DNA of 56,119 nucleotides from a virus. Below the pieces are notes generated by a model. It searched no databases. It was not told the DNA's origin and saw only the letters and a program-made list of their open reading frames with translations. The translations under genes and the position numbers were made by a program. The DNA lies in IMG/VR virus record IMGVR_UViG_3300024308_000021, positions 69,467-125,585 of that record; one strand, given 5' to 3'. How positions within the stretch are numbered: position 1 is the first letter of the stretch; each line of letters starts with the position of its first letter. Positions 10,849 to 20,286 of this stretch are shown in pieces.

Positions 10849-11949
10849 ATGGGATTGGAATTTGGTAAGTTAATGCAGGAGGCAGAACTCGAAGGCTATC
10901 AGCTAGAAGAGTTCTGTGTGGTGGAAACCGAAGAGGTAACAGAGATTCCTGAACAGATTCGTACAGAGTTTGCTCAGCTAGATCTGGCGTTAGAACAGTT
11001 CATGGAACTGAGCAACGATCTCTACGGAATCCAAACTACCACTCTTACTCCACAGCAGAAGAACATGGTGGTACTGCGCCACAACGCAGTATTCCGTCAA
11101 GCTCCTCAGCTCAAGCTGTCCCAGGAAGATTTCCTGGACGCTACTCTGTCCATGGAGGAAGACTTCAAAGAGCGTTTTGTAAATGGACTGAACGCTGTAC
11201 TGGATTTCATCGGTCCTTTGATGCTTCGAGCGATTGAGTTCGTTAAGGATATGACCGATTCCACTCAAGCAGCTCTGCGCCGTTGCAAGTCTCTGCGTGA
11301 GAAGATCTCCAACTACTCCCCGCCCAGCAAGATCCGTGTGAACAAACGCAGACTGCGTGGGGCGTTTGATGACGGTTATGGTAAGTGGTTGTCTCCTGAG
11401 ACCGTGATGCCACAGCTCCACACCGCTACCAAGCACGTGTTCGGTAACTACTGGCGTGACGTCGATTCGTGGATTCGTTCCGCGAAGACTGCCGAGGCTC
11501 CAGACAGTATGGGGTTAAACACGTATTTTGACCCACTACCGCGTCAGATCCAGTTTCAGATGGTTGCCGAGCGCTATCATTATTTGAATGTTGGTAAGTC
11601 CCAAGTTATGCCTGGGGATTTGTACGTAGACGCTCCTTCGTCATCCAAGCTTAATTCTTTGGTAGATGCTACCGAAGATACTCTGCGTATTTTGCAGAAC
11701 AAGCAAACCGGTGTGATCAGTACACTGAAGATCCTGGAAGCCGAAGGTAGGAAGCTGCGTAAAGCCTTGGGCGGTACTTTGCAGATTATGTTCAACCCTG
11801 ACACAGCTGCTGAATACAAGCTGAACGTTGCGAGTATCCGTGTCAAGTCTCGTTTAGCTATTAATGTTGTGAAAACCTTTGCAGCGTATGCGCTTGCATT
11901 ATGTGAATACTCCAATCAGTATGTTGCGTTAGTACTCGGATCCAAGTGA
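10849..11949 (+). CDS. Internal head virion protein paralog
   Basis: Acidic propeptide with LSQE and LSME sites, followed by an amphipathic helix. Confidence 0.7.
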   Translation: MGLEFGKLMQEAELEGYQLEEFCVVETEEVTEIPEQIRTEFAQLDLALEQFMELSNDLYGIQTTTLTPQQKNMVVLRHNAVFRQAPQLKLSQEDFLDATLSMEEDFKERFVNGLNAVLDFIGPLMLRAIEFVKDMTDSTQAALRRCKSLREKISNYSPPSKIRVNKRRLRGAFDDGYGKWLSPETVMPQLHTATKHVFGNYWRDVDSWIRSAKTAEAPDSMGLNTYFDPLPRQIQFQMVAERYHYLNVGKSQVMPGDLYVDAPSSSKLNSLVDATEDTLRILQNKQTGVISTLKILEAEGRKLRKALGGTLQIMFNPDTAAEYKLNVASIRVKSRLAINVVKTFAAYALALCEYSNQYVALVLGSK

Positions 11950-11951
11950 TC

Positions 11952-11961
11952 TATGTATGAC
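11952..11961 (+). promoter_or_regulatory. Putative late promoter (TATG-type)
   Basis: TATGTATGAC lies just upstream of the leader of a highly biased head gene. TATG is the established phiKZ late-promoter core, but it is short, so this is an inference. Confidence 0.45.
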
Positions 11962-12018
11962 GCAGCTTTTGCTGCACTGGAAATATCTCGTCCATTTCGA
12001 AATGTACTGGAGTCAAAC

Positions 12019-13245
12019 ATGTCTGATCTGATGAAAACCCTGCTGGCCAACGCCGGTCTGAACACTGCTTCCTTCTCTCAGGAAGAGTTCGAAACCCCGG
12101 TTGACGAAGTGATCGCCGCCGCTACCGGCGAAGAAGACGTCCTGGCCGAAGACGTCGCTACCATCGAAGAAGATTCCGAAGAGCTGGACGCTCAGGTTTC
12201 TGATCTCGACACTGCCGGCGAAGCTGCCGAAGAGCTGGATGACGTTGCTATCTCCCTGGAATCCATGATCGCTGACGGCGGCCTGGATCAGCGTACCCAC
12301 GGTTACGTGATGACCACTGCTGCTGCTATCCTGAAGCAGGTCCGCGTGTCTGTACCGAACATCGGCCTGTCCCAGGAATCTTTCGACACCACCGAAGGTC
12401 GTGTGCGCGCTGCTACCATGACCATGGAAGGTTTCAAAGAAACCGTCGCCAAGATGTGGGCTGCTATCAAGAACGGTATCGACAAAGTCCGTACCTTCCT
12501 GAAGAACCTGTGGGTCAAGCTGACCTCCGCAGCTACTCGTCTGCGTAAGAAAGCCATCGCCCTGAACGATCGCGTCAAGTCCTACGGCAACGCTTCCGCT
12601 AACGCTCGTGGTAAGCTGGCCATGCCGACTTCCGTCATGAAAGTCCTGGGTAAAGACGCCACTACCGGCGCTGCTGTTAAAGGCTACGCTGCGGCTCTGA
12701 ACACCGCCACCACCTCAGTACTGGAGACCTACTCCAAGGCTCTGAACACCTTCATCAAAGACGCCGTCGTCTCTGGTAAAGCCGCCGCCGACTCTGGTGT
12801 ACCGGTGCCGAACATCAACTCCGCCGCGCTCCCGCGTGGTCCGAAGTTCGATAAGGCCGGGGAAGAGTCCTTCGGTTACGTTCTGAAGCTGGGCGAGAAG
12901 ACCAGTCTGGATAAAGCTGACAAGAAAGGCGAAGCCGAAGCGTTCAGCGTATCCGATATGGGTAGCATCTGTGTGTCCGTCAAGGCCGCCATGGAAACCG
13001 TAGAACATTACGAGCGTGCCTGGAAAGACACCGATTCCGCGATCGACGCCATGGTCAAGAAGCTGGACGCTCAAGTCAAGGCTGCCGGCGAGTCCGAGAA
13101 GGAAGGTCTGAAAGACAACCTGAAGGCTGCTCGCAAAGCTTCCTCTGCTGCTGCTCAGGCTCCGACCAAGTTCGCTTCCTACGCGTGCTCCATCGCCAAC
13201 GGCTGCCTGACCGCAGTTGCCTGGTCTCTGGGTGCTTACAAGTAA
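12019..13245 (+). CDS. Major internal head protein (phiKZ gp93/gp95/gp162-type family)
   Basis: Start refined to ATG 12019 (GGAG RBS). Very strong codon bias, acidic propeptide with SQE/SLE/TME sites, then EGFKETVAKMWAAIK. Confidence 0.8.
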   Translation: MSDLMKTLLANAGLNTASFSQEEFETPVDEVIAAATGEEDVLAEDVATIEEDSEELDAQVSDLDTAGEAAEELDDVAISLESMIADGGLDQRTHGYVMTTAAAILKQVRVSVPNIGLSQESFDTTEGRVRAATMTMEGFKETVAKMWAAIKNGIDKVRTFLKNLWVKLTSAATRLRKKAIALNDRVKSYGNASANARGKLAMPTSVMKVLGKDATTGAAVKGYAAALNTATTSVLETYSKALNTFIKDAVVSGKAAADSGVPVPNINSAALPRGPKFDKAGEESFGYVLKLGEKTSLDKADKKGEAEAFSVSDMGSICVSVKAAMETVEHYERAWKDTDSAIDAMVKKLDAQVKAAGESEKEGLKDNLKAARKASSAAAQAPTKFASYACSIANGCLTAVAWSLGAYK

Positions 13246-13268
13246 TCTGTTGCAATAACAGAAAACAG

Positions 13269-13292
13269 GAGAGGGCTTCGGCCCTCTCTTTA
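13269..13292 (+). terminator. Intrinsic terminator with UUCG loop
   Basis: GAGAGGGC-TTCG-GCCCTCTC followed by TTTA. Confidence 0.85.
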
Positions 13293-13348
13293 TTCGCTCT
13301 GTATGTATGACAGTCCATTGCGATCATAGCCACGATCGTCTTTTTCAA

Positions 13349-13373
13349 GGAGGGCTTCGGCCCTCTCTTTTTT
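13349..13373 (+). terminator. Second intrinsic terminator with UUCG loop
   Basis: GAGGGC-TTCG-GCCCTC followed by TCTTTTTT. Confidence 0.85.
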
Positions 13374-13415
13374 ACGTCTTGGTCAAATCCTGTGGTTACG
13401 TACGGAGACAGTACA

Positions 13416-13808
13416 ATGAGAATTCATTCATTCAAAACAAGATTCGGCACCCCCAGCTCAGCTTATGTGATCTCGCCTTTCTATTCCGGCAAGAACACTG
13501 AGGCTTGCATAGAGGATTGCCTGAACGCCGGGATAAATCGTTTAGTCATTCCTTTCTCCGATAGTAAGGAAGGATTGGATGGGGTTAAAGAATCAGAACT
13601 CGTAAGAGTTTTACAGTTGCGTTTAGACGTCCTAGAACAGCGCCACAGAAGCAACGCTATGTGCGGGAATACTAGCGCACTAGCCAGCGACCACGATCGC
13701 TGTATGCGCGTCCTAGGCGTTATGCGTAACAGCCTACATTCGTTACTAACTCACCTGGATGAGTACGAGGAACTGGTTTATGCCAAAGATAATGATTCCC
13801 ATCAATGA
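13416..13808 (+). CDS. Hypothetical protein, possible distant Acb2/Tad1-like helical hairpin
   Basis: Start refined to ATG 13416 (GGAG RBS). Motif IPF....EGLDGVKESELVRVLQLRL. The family link is from memory only. Confidence 0.55.
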   Translation: MRIHSFKTRFGTPSSAYVISPFYSGKNTEACIEDCLNAGINRLVIPFSDSKEGLDGVKESELVRVLQLRLDVLEQRHRSNAMCGNTSALASDHDRCMRVLGVMRNSLHSLLTHLDEYEELVYAKDNDSHQ

Positions 13809-15297
13809 TGTATTCACCAGCATCACACGCCCTGTAGCGCTCCAGGTATCTCGTACCGTCACCCGACTTCTGGGACTGTCGCAAGACACCGACTGCTACA
13901 TCCAACAAGACGGAGCAGTGGTACCCCTAGTAGGCTCCACTAACTCAGACTCTGGGGCAGTGGCCAGGTTCTCTCAAAACGAGAAGGTATTCATCGAGAT
14001 TTCAGAAGAGCAACTCCCGAGTGGGCTGATCACGATGTATACCACACAACCTAACGAAGTGCCTGTGTTCCACGACACAGATTGCGGTGTGGTGTTTACT
14101 CCACAGCGAGTCCAAACCAGAATGACTCTGAGTTTGAGACTGCGTAGTCAAGACCGAGCTACTGCGTCCAGATGGAGAGACGCGCTAGCACGACGTATAG
14201 GACAAGACCTCCAAGAGTTTATGTTGGAGTTCACTTATGCGTACATCATTCCTAAGCCTGCTAACGAGCTCGTGTTTCTAACACACGAGCGTTTGCGTAC
14301 CCAGGAGACCATCCAGGAGTACGTACGTAGGTGTTGGTGTCCTAAGGTAGTGACTGTAGCTAACCAAGCTCAGAAGAAGCTACTAGGGATTCGAGAGCGT
14401 CAAGTAGGTGGTACTGGGAGATTCAACTTCGATGTTCCTCCTCGTGAGGAGAAAGGAGACGGCGGCGCTGTGCATGACTACTCCATCGAATATAGCTTCG
14501 AATACGACCAACCCACAGGACTGGTACTACAGTACCCAATCCAGGTCTACAATGAAGCTTACCCCGACGAGTGGATCAACCTACCGCTACCCTACGACCC
14601 TAACACAGAAGTACTGCAAAACCCTACTAAGTCACGCAGCGCTTACACAGCTCTGATGCGGATGCACACTCCAGAGCACCGTCCTCTGGTAGACGGGTTA
14701 GTAGTACCTGAGTACGACGACTGGGTTCCTAAACACCAACCTGGCAAAACCAGTAACTTACTACGAGTGCTGTTGACACTGGATCCCACCAAGCCAAGAC
14801 ACTTATTGAGTCTCACGGAACTAGATCCTCAGTTCGTAGATCCCATCCTACACTGGTGGGCTCAGAATCCCAAAGCGATAGCACACACTCATCTCAACCC
14901 AGTAGTGATCACTGTGTTTGAAGAAGACGAGATGTTAGAGCCTGGTACTTATGCTCTGGACGAATACGGAGACCTGGTCACTAATTTCGATCTAGACCTT
15001 AACAAGAACTATCGAGTACGGTTTGGTATCGTAAACGACCTCAGTATCCTACACGCTGAACCAGAAGCTCGTCTGCGTTTAAATGGGGAGTTAGGACTAC
15101 TGATCCTTACTACCCTAGCGCCAGATCTCGAAGCCATCGGGAAACTACCTAAACTCCACTCAGGTGGAGGTATACGTCGTCCAGACTGGGTAGAGGCTCT
15201 GAAGTGGATTCAGACTACAGCACGCCACTACCACTCTTCAGTAGAAGTGGTGAGATGCAACGTAACACGCTTCTTCGTAGAAACTCACAGGAGTTGA
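13780..15297 (+). CDS. Virion structural protein (phiKZ gp98-like by position)
   Basis: Start refined to ATG 13780 (GAGGA RBS), ~505 aa, first of a coupled four-gene structural block. Confidence 0.6.
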   Translation: MPKIMIPINDVFTSITRPVALQVSRTVTRLLGLSQDTDCYIQQDGAVVPLVGSTNSDSGAVARFSQNEKVFIEISEEQLPSGLITMYTTQPNEVPVFHDTDCGVVFTPQRVQTRMTLSLRLRSQDRATASRWRDALARRIGQDLQEFMLEFTYAYIIPKPANELVFLTHERLRTQETIQEYVRRCWCPKVVTVANQAQKKLLGIRERQVGGTGRFNFDVPPREEKGDGGAVHDYSIEYSFEYDQPTGLVLQYPIQVYNEAYPDEWINLPLPYDPNTEVLQNPTKSRSAYTALMRMHTPEHRPLVDGLVVPEYDDWVPKHQPGKTSNLLRVLLTLDPTKPRHLLSLTELDPQFVDPILHWWAQNPKAIAHTHLNPVVITVFEEDEMLEPGTYALDEYGDLVTNFDLDLNKNYRVRFGIVNDLSILHAEPEARLRLNGELGLLILTTLAPDLEAIGKLPKLHSGGGIRRPDWVEALKWIQTTARHYHSSVEVVRCNVTRFFVETHRS

Positions 15298-15298
15298 C

Positions 15299-16669
15299 AT
15301 GTCCCCATTCAAACCCAAACCGAAACCAACTCCTCCCACTACCCAGGAGCCGTTTGTTTCCCAGAAAGCTCCGACTTTCGTACAGTCGGATTCTCGTACA
15401 GCGAATATAGCTGCACTGCTTCCTTATGTTTCAGGTTACTCGATGCGAGTGCGGTACTACCGCAACTTACTGACAGAAGCTTCGGAGACTATCTCTACTC
15501 AACTGACCTCGGAATTCGTATTCCAGGAATACCAGCGGATAGATAACTTCGAGCTCAAAGTAACCTCCCCTTTCTCTCCTAGCTTTGATACTGAGAAATC
15601 GGAGCACGTAGTGGAAGGTGAAGCTCAGGTCTACGCAGGCTTCCGTCCTAACCGTGGCGACGTGTTCATTGCCGATGCTGGTCAAGGACGTGAGTTCGTA
15701 GTGACCGTGGAGACCGCTGAGCTTCGTAACGTATTCGAAGCCTCGGTCTCAGTGATTACCTACCGAGTAGCAGAGTGGGCTAGTAACCCCGAGTGGATTC
15801 ATGCTCTCGAGGAGCGGGTGGTCAAACGCACTACTTACGTACGTGATGCCCTGCTCTACGGAAACGATCCACTGTTCCTGGAACAAGACTACGACTACTG
15901 GCGTGGATTCCAACAGTCTCGCCTGGAGCTCGAGAAAGCGTTCCACCGAGAGTTCTGGAACTTCGATTCCCAAACTTACCTGGTACCCCAAGACGAGCGC
16001 ACTTACGACTCTTACCTCGTAGGCTTCTTACACGAGTTCCTGGATTATCGTCGTATCGATCCACTGCGTCGTCCTAACGTTTACACGATGGACGGGCATG
16101 AGTGTTTCACACGCACTACGCTTTGGGATCTGATCCGTGATCGTAGCTGGTTTGGTCTACACTCTGTATTGCAGGAGATGGATCGTGCTCCAGTACAGGG
16201 CTACTACCAACCCTACCGATACAACTGCATCTCGTATACCGATACGAAGTACGTAGTCACAGACCCACAGGCTATCTGGGTTCATCGTGAGGAAGTACCT
16301 CCTATGCCACCACACGACGCTTTAGAGTCGGGTATGGAGGGAGATGCCTTGCTGGCCGCTCGAGCTGCACGTGATGCGTATTACGCCGCAGTAGACGCAG
16401 GAACGCTCCCACTACCCACACAACCCGATATCTTCCCAGTAGCTATCGATCGTTACTACGTGCTGTCTGAGCGCTTCTACAAGCGTCAGCCAGGTCTTAC
16501 CAAACTAGAGTGGTTGGTGGAGCGCATGATCTCCAACCAAGAACTCGACTTCGCTGTGCTTCGAGACCTGATTGCTAAGTCCCCGACCTGGCCTCGTCTG
16601 GAGCGCTTCTATTACTACCCACTGCTACTGGTGCTGATCCAGTATGCCCTGATGCGAGTAGGTGCGTAA
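15299..16669 (+). CDS. Virion structural protein (phiKZ gp99-like; neck/tail completion candidate)
   Basis: 456 aa with PNRGDVFIADAG and YYVLS..FY motifs recalled from phiKZ-like structural proteins. AGGAG RBS. Confidence 0.65.
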   Translation: MSPFKPKPKPTPPTTQEPFVSQKAPTFVQSDSRTANIAALLPYVSGYSMRVRYYRNLLTEASETISTQLTSEFVFQEYQRIDNFELKVTSPFSPSFDTEKSEHVVEGEAQVYAGFRPNRGDVFIADAGQGREFVVTVETAELRNVFEASVSVITYRVAEWASNPEWIHALEERVVKRTTYVRDALLYGNDPLFLEQDYDYWRGFQQSRLELEKAFHREFWNFDSQTYLVPQDERTYDSYLVGFLHEFLDYRRIDPLRRPNVYTMDGHECFTRTTLWDLIRDRSWFGLHSVLQEMDRAPVQGYYQPYRYNCISYTDTKYVVTDPQAIWVHREEVPPMPPHDALESGMEGDALLAARAARDAYYAAVDAGTLPLPTQPDIFPVAIDRYYVLSERFYKRQPGLTKLEWLVERMISNQELDFAVLRDLIAKSPTWPRLERFYYYPLLLVLIQYALMRVGA

Positions 16670-17286
16670 TGTGGCAAACAGAAAATGAAAAGAAGGGATA
16701 CGTCCCTAAACACCTCCAGAACGCTGCGTACAAAATCTTCCACTGGCCGTTCGAAGTAGCCATCCCTCAAGGCATGGTTCAGTCCGATGAGGAGATTGCT
16801 GTCCTGGGAGCGTTTACTACAGGCAACCCCGAACAAGACCGTGAGATGATGCAACAACCTTTCTTCTCTTACGTAACTATCGACGCTGTAGTGGAATGGC
16901 AACGTAAAGGGATTAACGTGGAGTTTGCTAATCCTCGCGACTTCAAGAAAATCTACGACATCATCGTGGAGCACTTGCAAGACCTAGCGTTAGCTATACG
17001 CAACGGTTGGATGACTGTAGCCCCACCTGCTGAGGACTTGGAGCTCCTGGAGTTAATAGCTTCACGACTCTACGTTAAAGCTCGTGCCGAGATCATCTCC
17101 GATCAAGGTCTACAAGAAGTCTACAGCTTCCTTACCTTCCAGTCCGCTTCCCCGCTCGGCAACGCTCTGGGTGGTATGGCTGACCGTAAGCGCAAAGAAC
17201 TGCAAACCTCCGAACACCAAGAGATCGTTACATCGAAAGATCTCCAGGTATTGGACGAGCGCATTAAACCTTGGATGGAGGGCTAA
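16669..17286 (+). CDS. Conserved hypothetical protein (phiKZ gp100-like by position)
   Basis: 205 aa, TAATG stop-start overlap. Confidence 0.6.
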   Translation: MWQTENEKKGYVPKHLQNAAYKIFHWPFEVAIPQGMVQSDEEIAVLGAFTTGNPEQDREMMQQPFFSYVTIDAVVEWQRKGINVEFANPRDFKKIYDIIVEHLQDLALAIRNGWMTVAPPAEDLELLELIASRLYVKARAEIISDQGLQEVYSFLTFQSASPLGNALGGMADRKRKELQTSEHQEIVTSKDLQVLDERIKPWMEG

Positions 17287-18713
17287 ACGTGTCTATACGC
17301 GACGTACATGTCTTCGAAGACATCCTAGCTACCTTTCAGAAGCCAGCAACCCTGGCTTCTTTTTCCAAGGAGTCCTGGACACGTCTAGACGACTACAAAC
17401 CCATCTCCGATGGACAGGGACTCAAACCACAACACTCGAAGTACCGTGTAACGATCATCACACCCGTAAAGGAGATACGGGCATTCGAAGTAATCGATGG
17501 TAGTGAGCTGCGCGATTTCGAATCCAGTAACTTCGCCCAGACCAGTATCCGAGTATTACTCACAGCAGGTGTGTACAACCACGAGATCTTCCCTTACCGT
17601 GACCGACTCGTAGTGGTAAGGGAGCGTGTGCCGCTCCAGGAGATCGGTGAAACCCACGACACTCGTCAACCTATCGATGTACAACGTTTCAAAGCTGTGC
17701 TGTTAGACGAAGCTTCTGAACTGATGGAAGCAGACGCCTCACGCAACACCAATCCGTCTCTGGGCGATCAGAACCTACGGATAGTACGTATGCAGCTGAT
17801 CAACCAAGTCGCTGAGCAGCTGCGTTGTATGACGTTTGGAGAGACGTTTCGTAACCACCCTCCGTTTAACATCATCCGTACCAAACTCACCAACTACATC
17901 CTGGGTAAAGTAAAGGTATCGGTACCTCGCCCTCCAGTCGGGATAGACATCGTAGAGCCGGATGTTAAAGCTGTCCGTCCGATCACGATCATTCCTCCTT
18001 CTACTCCCGTAATGCACCTACCGCGTTACATTCAGGAAAACGAAGGAGGTCTGTACAACTCAGGAGTAGGTTGTTATTACCAAGACCGACACCTGTGGGT
18101 TTACCCGTTGTATGACCTTACTCGTATCGACAAGTGCACTAGACCACTTACGATACTCTCTGTTCCTAAAACAGAGATGACCTCTGTCGAACGGACGTAC
18201 CAGATCGAAGGCAGACACCTATTCGTACTGGCCATGGGGGACGTCAAGTACCAAGACCCTAAACTGCGTCAGAACCTCAACCAAGGTAACGGCCGTAGGT
18301 ACACCAAAGCTTCGTCTTTATTCGACGGATACGATGTACAGAACAACCGAGGGACATTCGATCGTAAGAAGAACTCCAACGAGTTTTTGTTCGAAGAGTC
18401 TCGGGACGGGATGCAGTACACCACGATCCACGGAGGTGGTTTTACAGACAACCACGCTAACGCACGTACGCCCCTGGCTCGCCAGAAAGGCACTTACGCT
18501 CAAGTACTGTGGGAGAACTCAGATCCCTACCTGGTGTATCCTGGTATGGGTGTGGAGCTGCTGTACATCCGCAACGGTAAAGTAATCCGGGTACGTGGTG
18601 TAGTACTGTCAGCTGAAGACCAGATCGTTCCAGTGGGTACTATCGCCAAAGTCACACGACACAAAACCAACACAGCACTCACGCTGTTCTTGGAACAAAC
18701 CGAAAGGAACTAA
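17271..18713 (+). CDS. Virion structural protein, possible baseplate hub (phiKZ gp101-like)
   Basis: About 475-480 aa; the true start may be GTG 17289 after GGAGGG. GGLYNSGVGCYYQ and WENSDP.LVYPGM motifs. Confidence 0.65.
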   Translation: MDGGLNVSIRDVHVFEDILATFQKPATLASFSKESWTRLDDYKPISDGQGLKPQHSKYRVTIITPVKEIRAFEVIDGSELRDFESSNFAQTSIRVLLTAGVYNHEIFPYRDRLVVVRERVPLQEIGETHDTRQPIDVQRFKAVLLDEASELMEADASRNTNPSLGDQNLRIVRMQLINQVAEQLRCMTFGETFRNHPPFNIIRTKLTNYILGKVKVSVPRPPVGIDIVEPDVKAVRPITIIPPSTPVMHLPRYIQENEGGLYNSGVGCYYQDRHLWVYPLYDLTRIDKCTRPLTILSVPKTEMTSVERTYQIEGRHLFVLAMGDVKYQDPKLRQNLNQGNGRRYTKASSLFDGYDVQNNRGTFDRKKNSNEFLFEESRDGMQYTTIHGGGFTDNHANARTPLARQKGTYAQVLWENSDPYLVYPGMGVELLYIRNGKVIRVRGVVLSAEDQIVPVGTIAKVTRHKTNTALTLFLEQTERN

Positions 18714-18714
18714 G

Positions 18715-19125
18715 ATGAAACAGTTCATCTTTCTAAATACCGACTTAGGGCTACAAGCCTTAGCTCGGTTTAGTGTCAGTCGTCCGTACAGCATCTCGGA
18801 GTCCGTAGTAGCGGACGTATTCCGAGTAGCTGTGTTCGAACCCAGTCGCGCGGAGCTTACTGAGATCTGTATCCACTACCCACCGATAGGAGATCCCATC
18901 GCTAGCGGAGCTGAGCTACTGTGTAACTGGCGAGACTACGCCACTGTGTCAGAGTGGTTAGCCTGTAACCAGTTTACAGACCCAGTTTGGATTCGCTGGG
19001 CTGTTCCGATCATGCAAGTCCTTTACGCTATGAAGACAGCTTTTCCAGAGATCCGTAGTTTCAGCTACACAGTCGATGAAGAAGCTGGTTTGTTCTTCCG
19101 TTTTTCAAAGGAGAATATCTACTAA
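18715..19125 (+). CDS. Hypothetical protein
   Basis: 136 aa, AAGGA RBS, contiguous with its neighbours. Confidence 0.65.
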   Translation: MKQFIFLNTDLGLQALARFSVSRPYSISESVVADVFRVAVFEPSRAELTEICIHYPPIGDPIASGAELLCNWRDYATVSEWLACNQFTDPVWIRWAVPIMQVLYAMKTAFPEIRSFSYTVDEEAGLFFRFSKENIY

Positions 19126-19430
19126 TGCTGGACTTTAACAAATACGATCCCACTCGCTTAGTGATGACACTGCGAGATGGAAAGAAACTGTACGGGTTTA
19201 ATCTTTCTAAGGAGGGACAAGAACTTTACGATCGTGGTCTGATCAACACAGTGATCATGCGGGCTCGTAAGTTAACGGGATGGGAGGTCATCAACATCGA
19301 TGAGGTGTTGGAGGCTGAACGGAAGTTACCGGAACGCAAAACAGGTTACGTGATCAAGTCGCAGTTCAAGTTCTACTACGGAACTGTGTTTGTACGCAAT
19401 CGCTGGATCTTGGTGGTGTTTCCAGGCTGA
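19125..19430 (+). CDS. Hypothetical protein
   Basis: 101 aa, TAATG overlap, AAGGAG RBS. Confidence 0.7.
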   Translation: MLDFNKYDPTRLVMTLRDGKKLYGFNLSKEGQELYDRGLINTVIMRARKLTGWEVINIDEVLEAERKLPERKTGYVIKSQFKFYYGTVFVRNRWILVVFPG

Positions 19431-19440
19431 GAGGTTTTAC

Positions 19441-19728
19441 GTGCGAGAATCCAAAGAGACCTTAGACCGCATACTGCGGGAGTCTAGGCTTCCATGGAGA
19501 CAGTTAATACGTTACGCCAAGCTCTCTAGAAGCCATCCTAACGCATTGCGTACCGAAGTCCTAAGACAGGTAGGGGATTTCTACCACGATTGGACTGAGA
19601 GCGATCTAGACGCCCTACGAGTGGCTTACGATCTGGAAGAGTTACAACTCCGACTAGGGAAGCGCCTGCATTGCGCTGGAGCAGACCTGGAGCTAGCTAG
19701 TAGACTGGTACAGAAGATCCAGAGCTAG
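19441..19728 (+). CDS. Hypothetical protein
   Basis: Same frame as ORF 19390..19728; the likelier start is GTG 19441 after GAGG. Ends inside the terminator. Confidence 0.5.
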   Translation: MRESKETLDRILRESRLPWRQLIRYAKLSRSHPNALRTEVLRQVGDFYHDWTESDLDALRVAYDLEELQLRLGKRLHCAGADLELASRLVQKIQS

Positions 19729-19749
19729 GGGGTGGCCCCTAGCTCTTTA
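19721..19749 (+). terminator. Intrinsic terminator
   Basis: AGAGCTAGGGG-GTGG-CCCCTAGCTCT followed by TTA. Confidence 0.8.
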
Positions 19750-19781
19750 TGCGTTTACTATCGGAATGCAATTAGTTTCAG

Positions 19782-19792
19782 ACCTATATTCT
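19782..19792 (+). promoter_or_regulatory. Putative early promoter (TATATTAC-like, virion RNAP type)
   Basis: ACCTATATTCT after a terminator. Related motifs recur at 26527, 42355, 46395, 51326 and 54760. Confidence 0.55.
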
Positions 19793-19832
19793 AATAGTGA
19801 ACAAAGGCAACCAAGCTTTTGTTTCTCACACC

Positions 19833-19850
19833 AAACCCTTACACAGAAGG
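19833..19850 (+). repeat. Leader repeat copy 1 (AAACCCTTACACAGAAGG)
   Basis: Identical 18-mer at 20261-20278, with variants at 20950-20967 and 21109-21125. Confidence 0.85.
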
Positions 19851-19858
19851 AACGTTCT

Positions 19859-20233
19859 ATGCGCGAAATAGTCGTAGTTACCAACCCAGAGTTCTCAGGC
19901 GAAATCAGAACCACCGCCACCTACGGAGATTACGTTAGCCCCAGTCAATCGCTCGAAGTTAAGAACATTGTGGCGTGTGGTGGCAAGGTCTTGCTGGATT
20001 TCGGAGACATGAGCGTGGTGACCGTCCCGATGGAAGGAACTTACCTTCTGGATAGCAGTGTATCTACCTGGGATTCTACTCACAGTACAAGACTCTCGCG
20101 TACCGAATGGGATTATGTCAGTGTCTCGAAGGTGGATGTTATCCTAGACGGAAAACTACGCATGGGATACCTTGCATCTTTCGAAGATACACGAGGTAAA
20201 TTCGAGAAAACTTTTTTCAGATTCATCGGCTGA
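19859..20233 (+). CDS. Hypothetical early protein
   Basis: Start refined to ATG 19859, downstream of the repeated leader ending GAAGG. Confidence 0.65.
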   Translation: MREIVVVTNPEFSGEIRTTATYGDYVSPSQSLEVKNIVACGGKVLLDFGDMSVVTVPMEGTYLLDSSVSTWDSTHSTRLSRTEWDYVSVSKVDVILDGKLRMGYLASFEDTRGKFEKTFFRFIG

Positions 20234-20260
20234 TCGATCAGACGTATCGGCAATTACACA

Positions 20261-20278
20261 AAACCCTTACACAGAAGG
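20261..20278 (+). repeat. Leader repeat copy 2
   Basis: AAACCCTTACACAGAAGG, 8 nt before ATG 20287. Confidence 0.85.
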
Positions 20279-20286
20279 TAAATACC

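Noticed and set aside
13307-13501. 64 aa ORF MTVHCDHSHDR...
   Set aside because: No RBS, it crosses a terminator and overlaps the better-supported 13416 gene. A leaderless peptide cannot be fully excluded.
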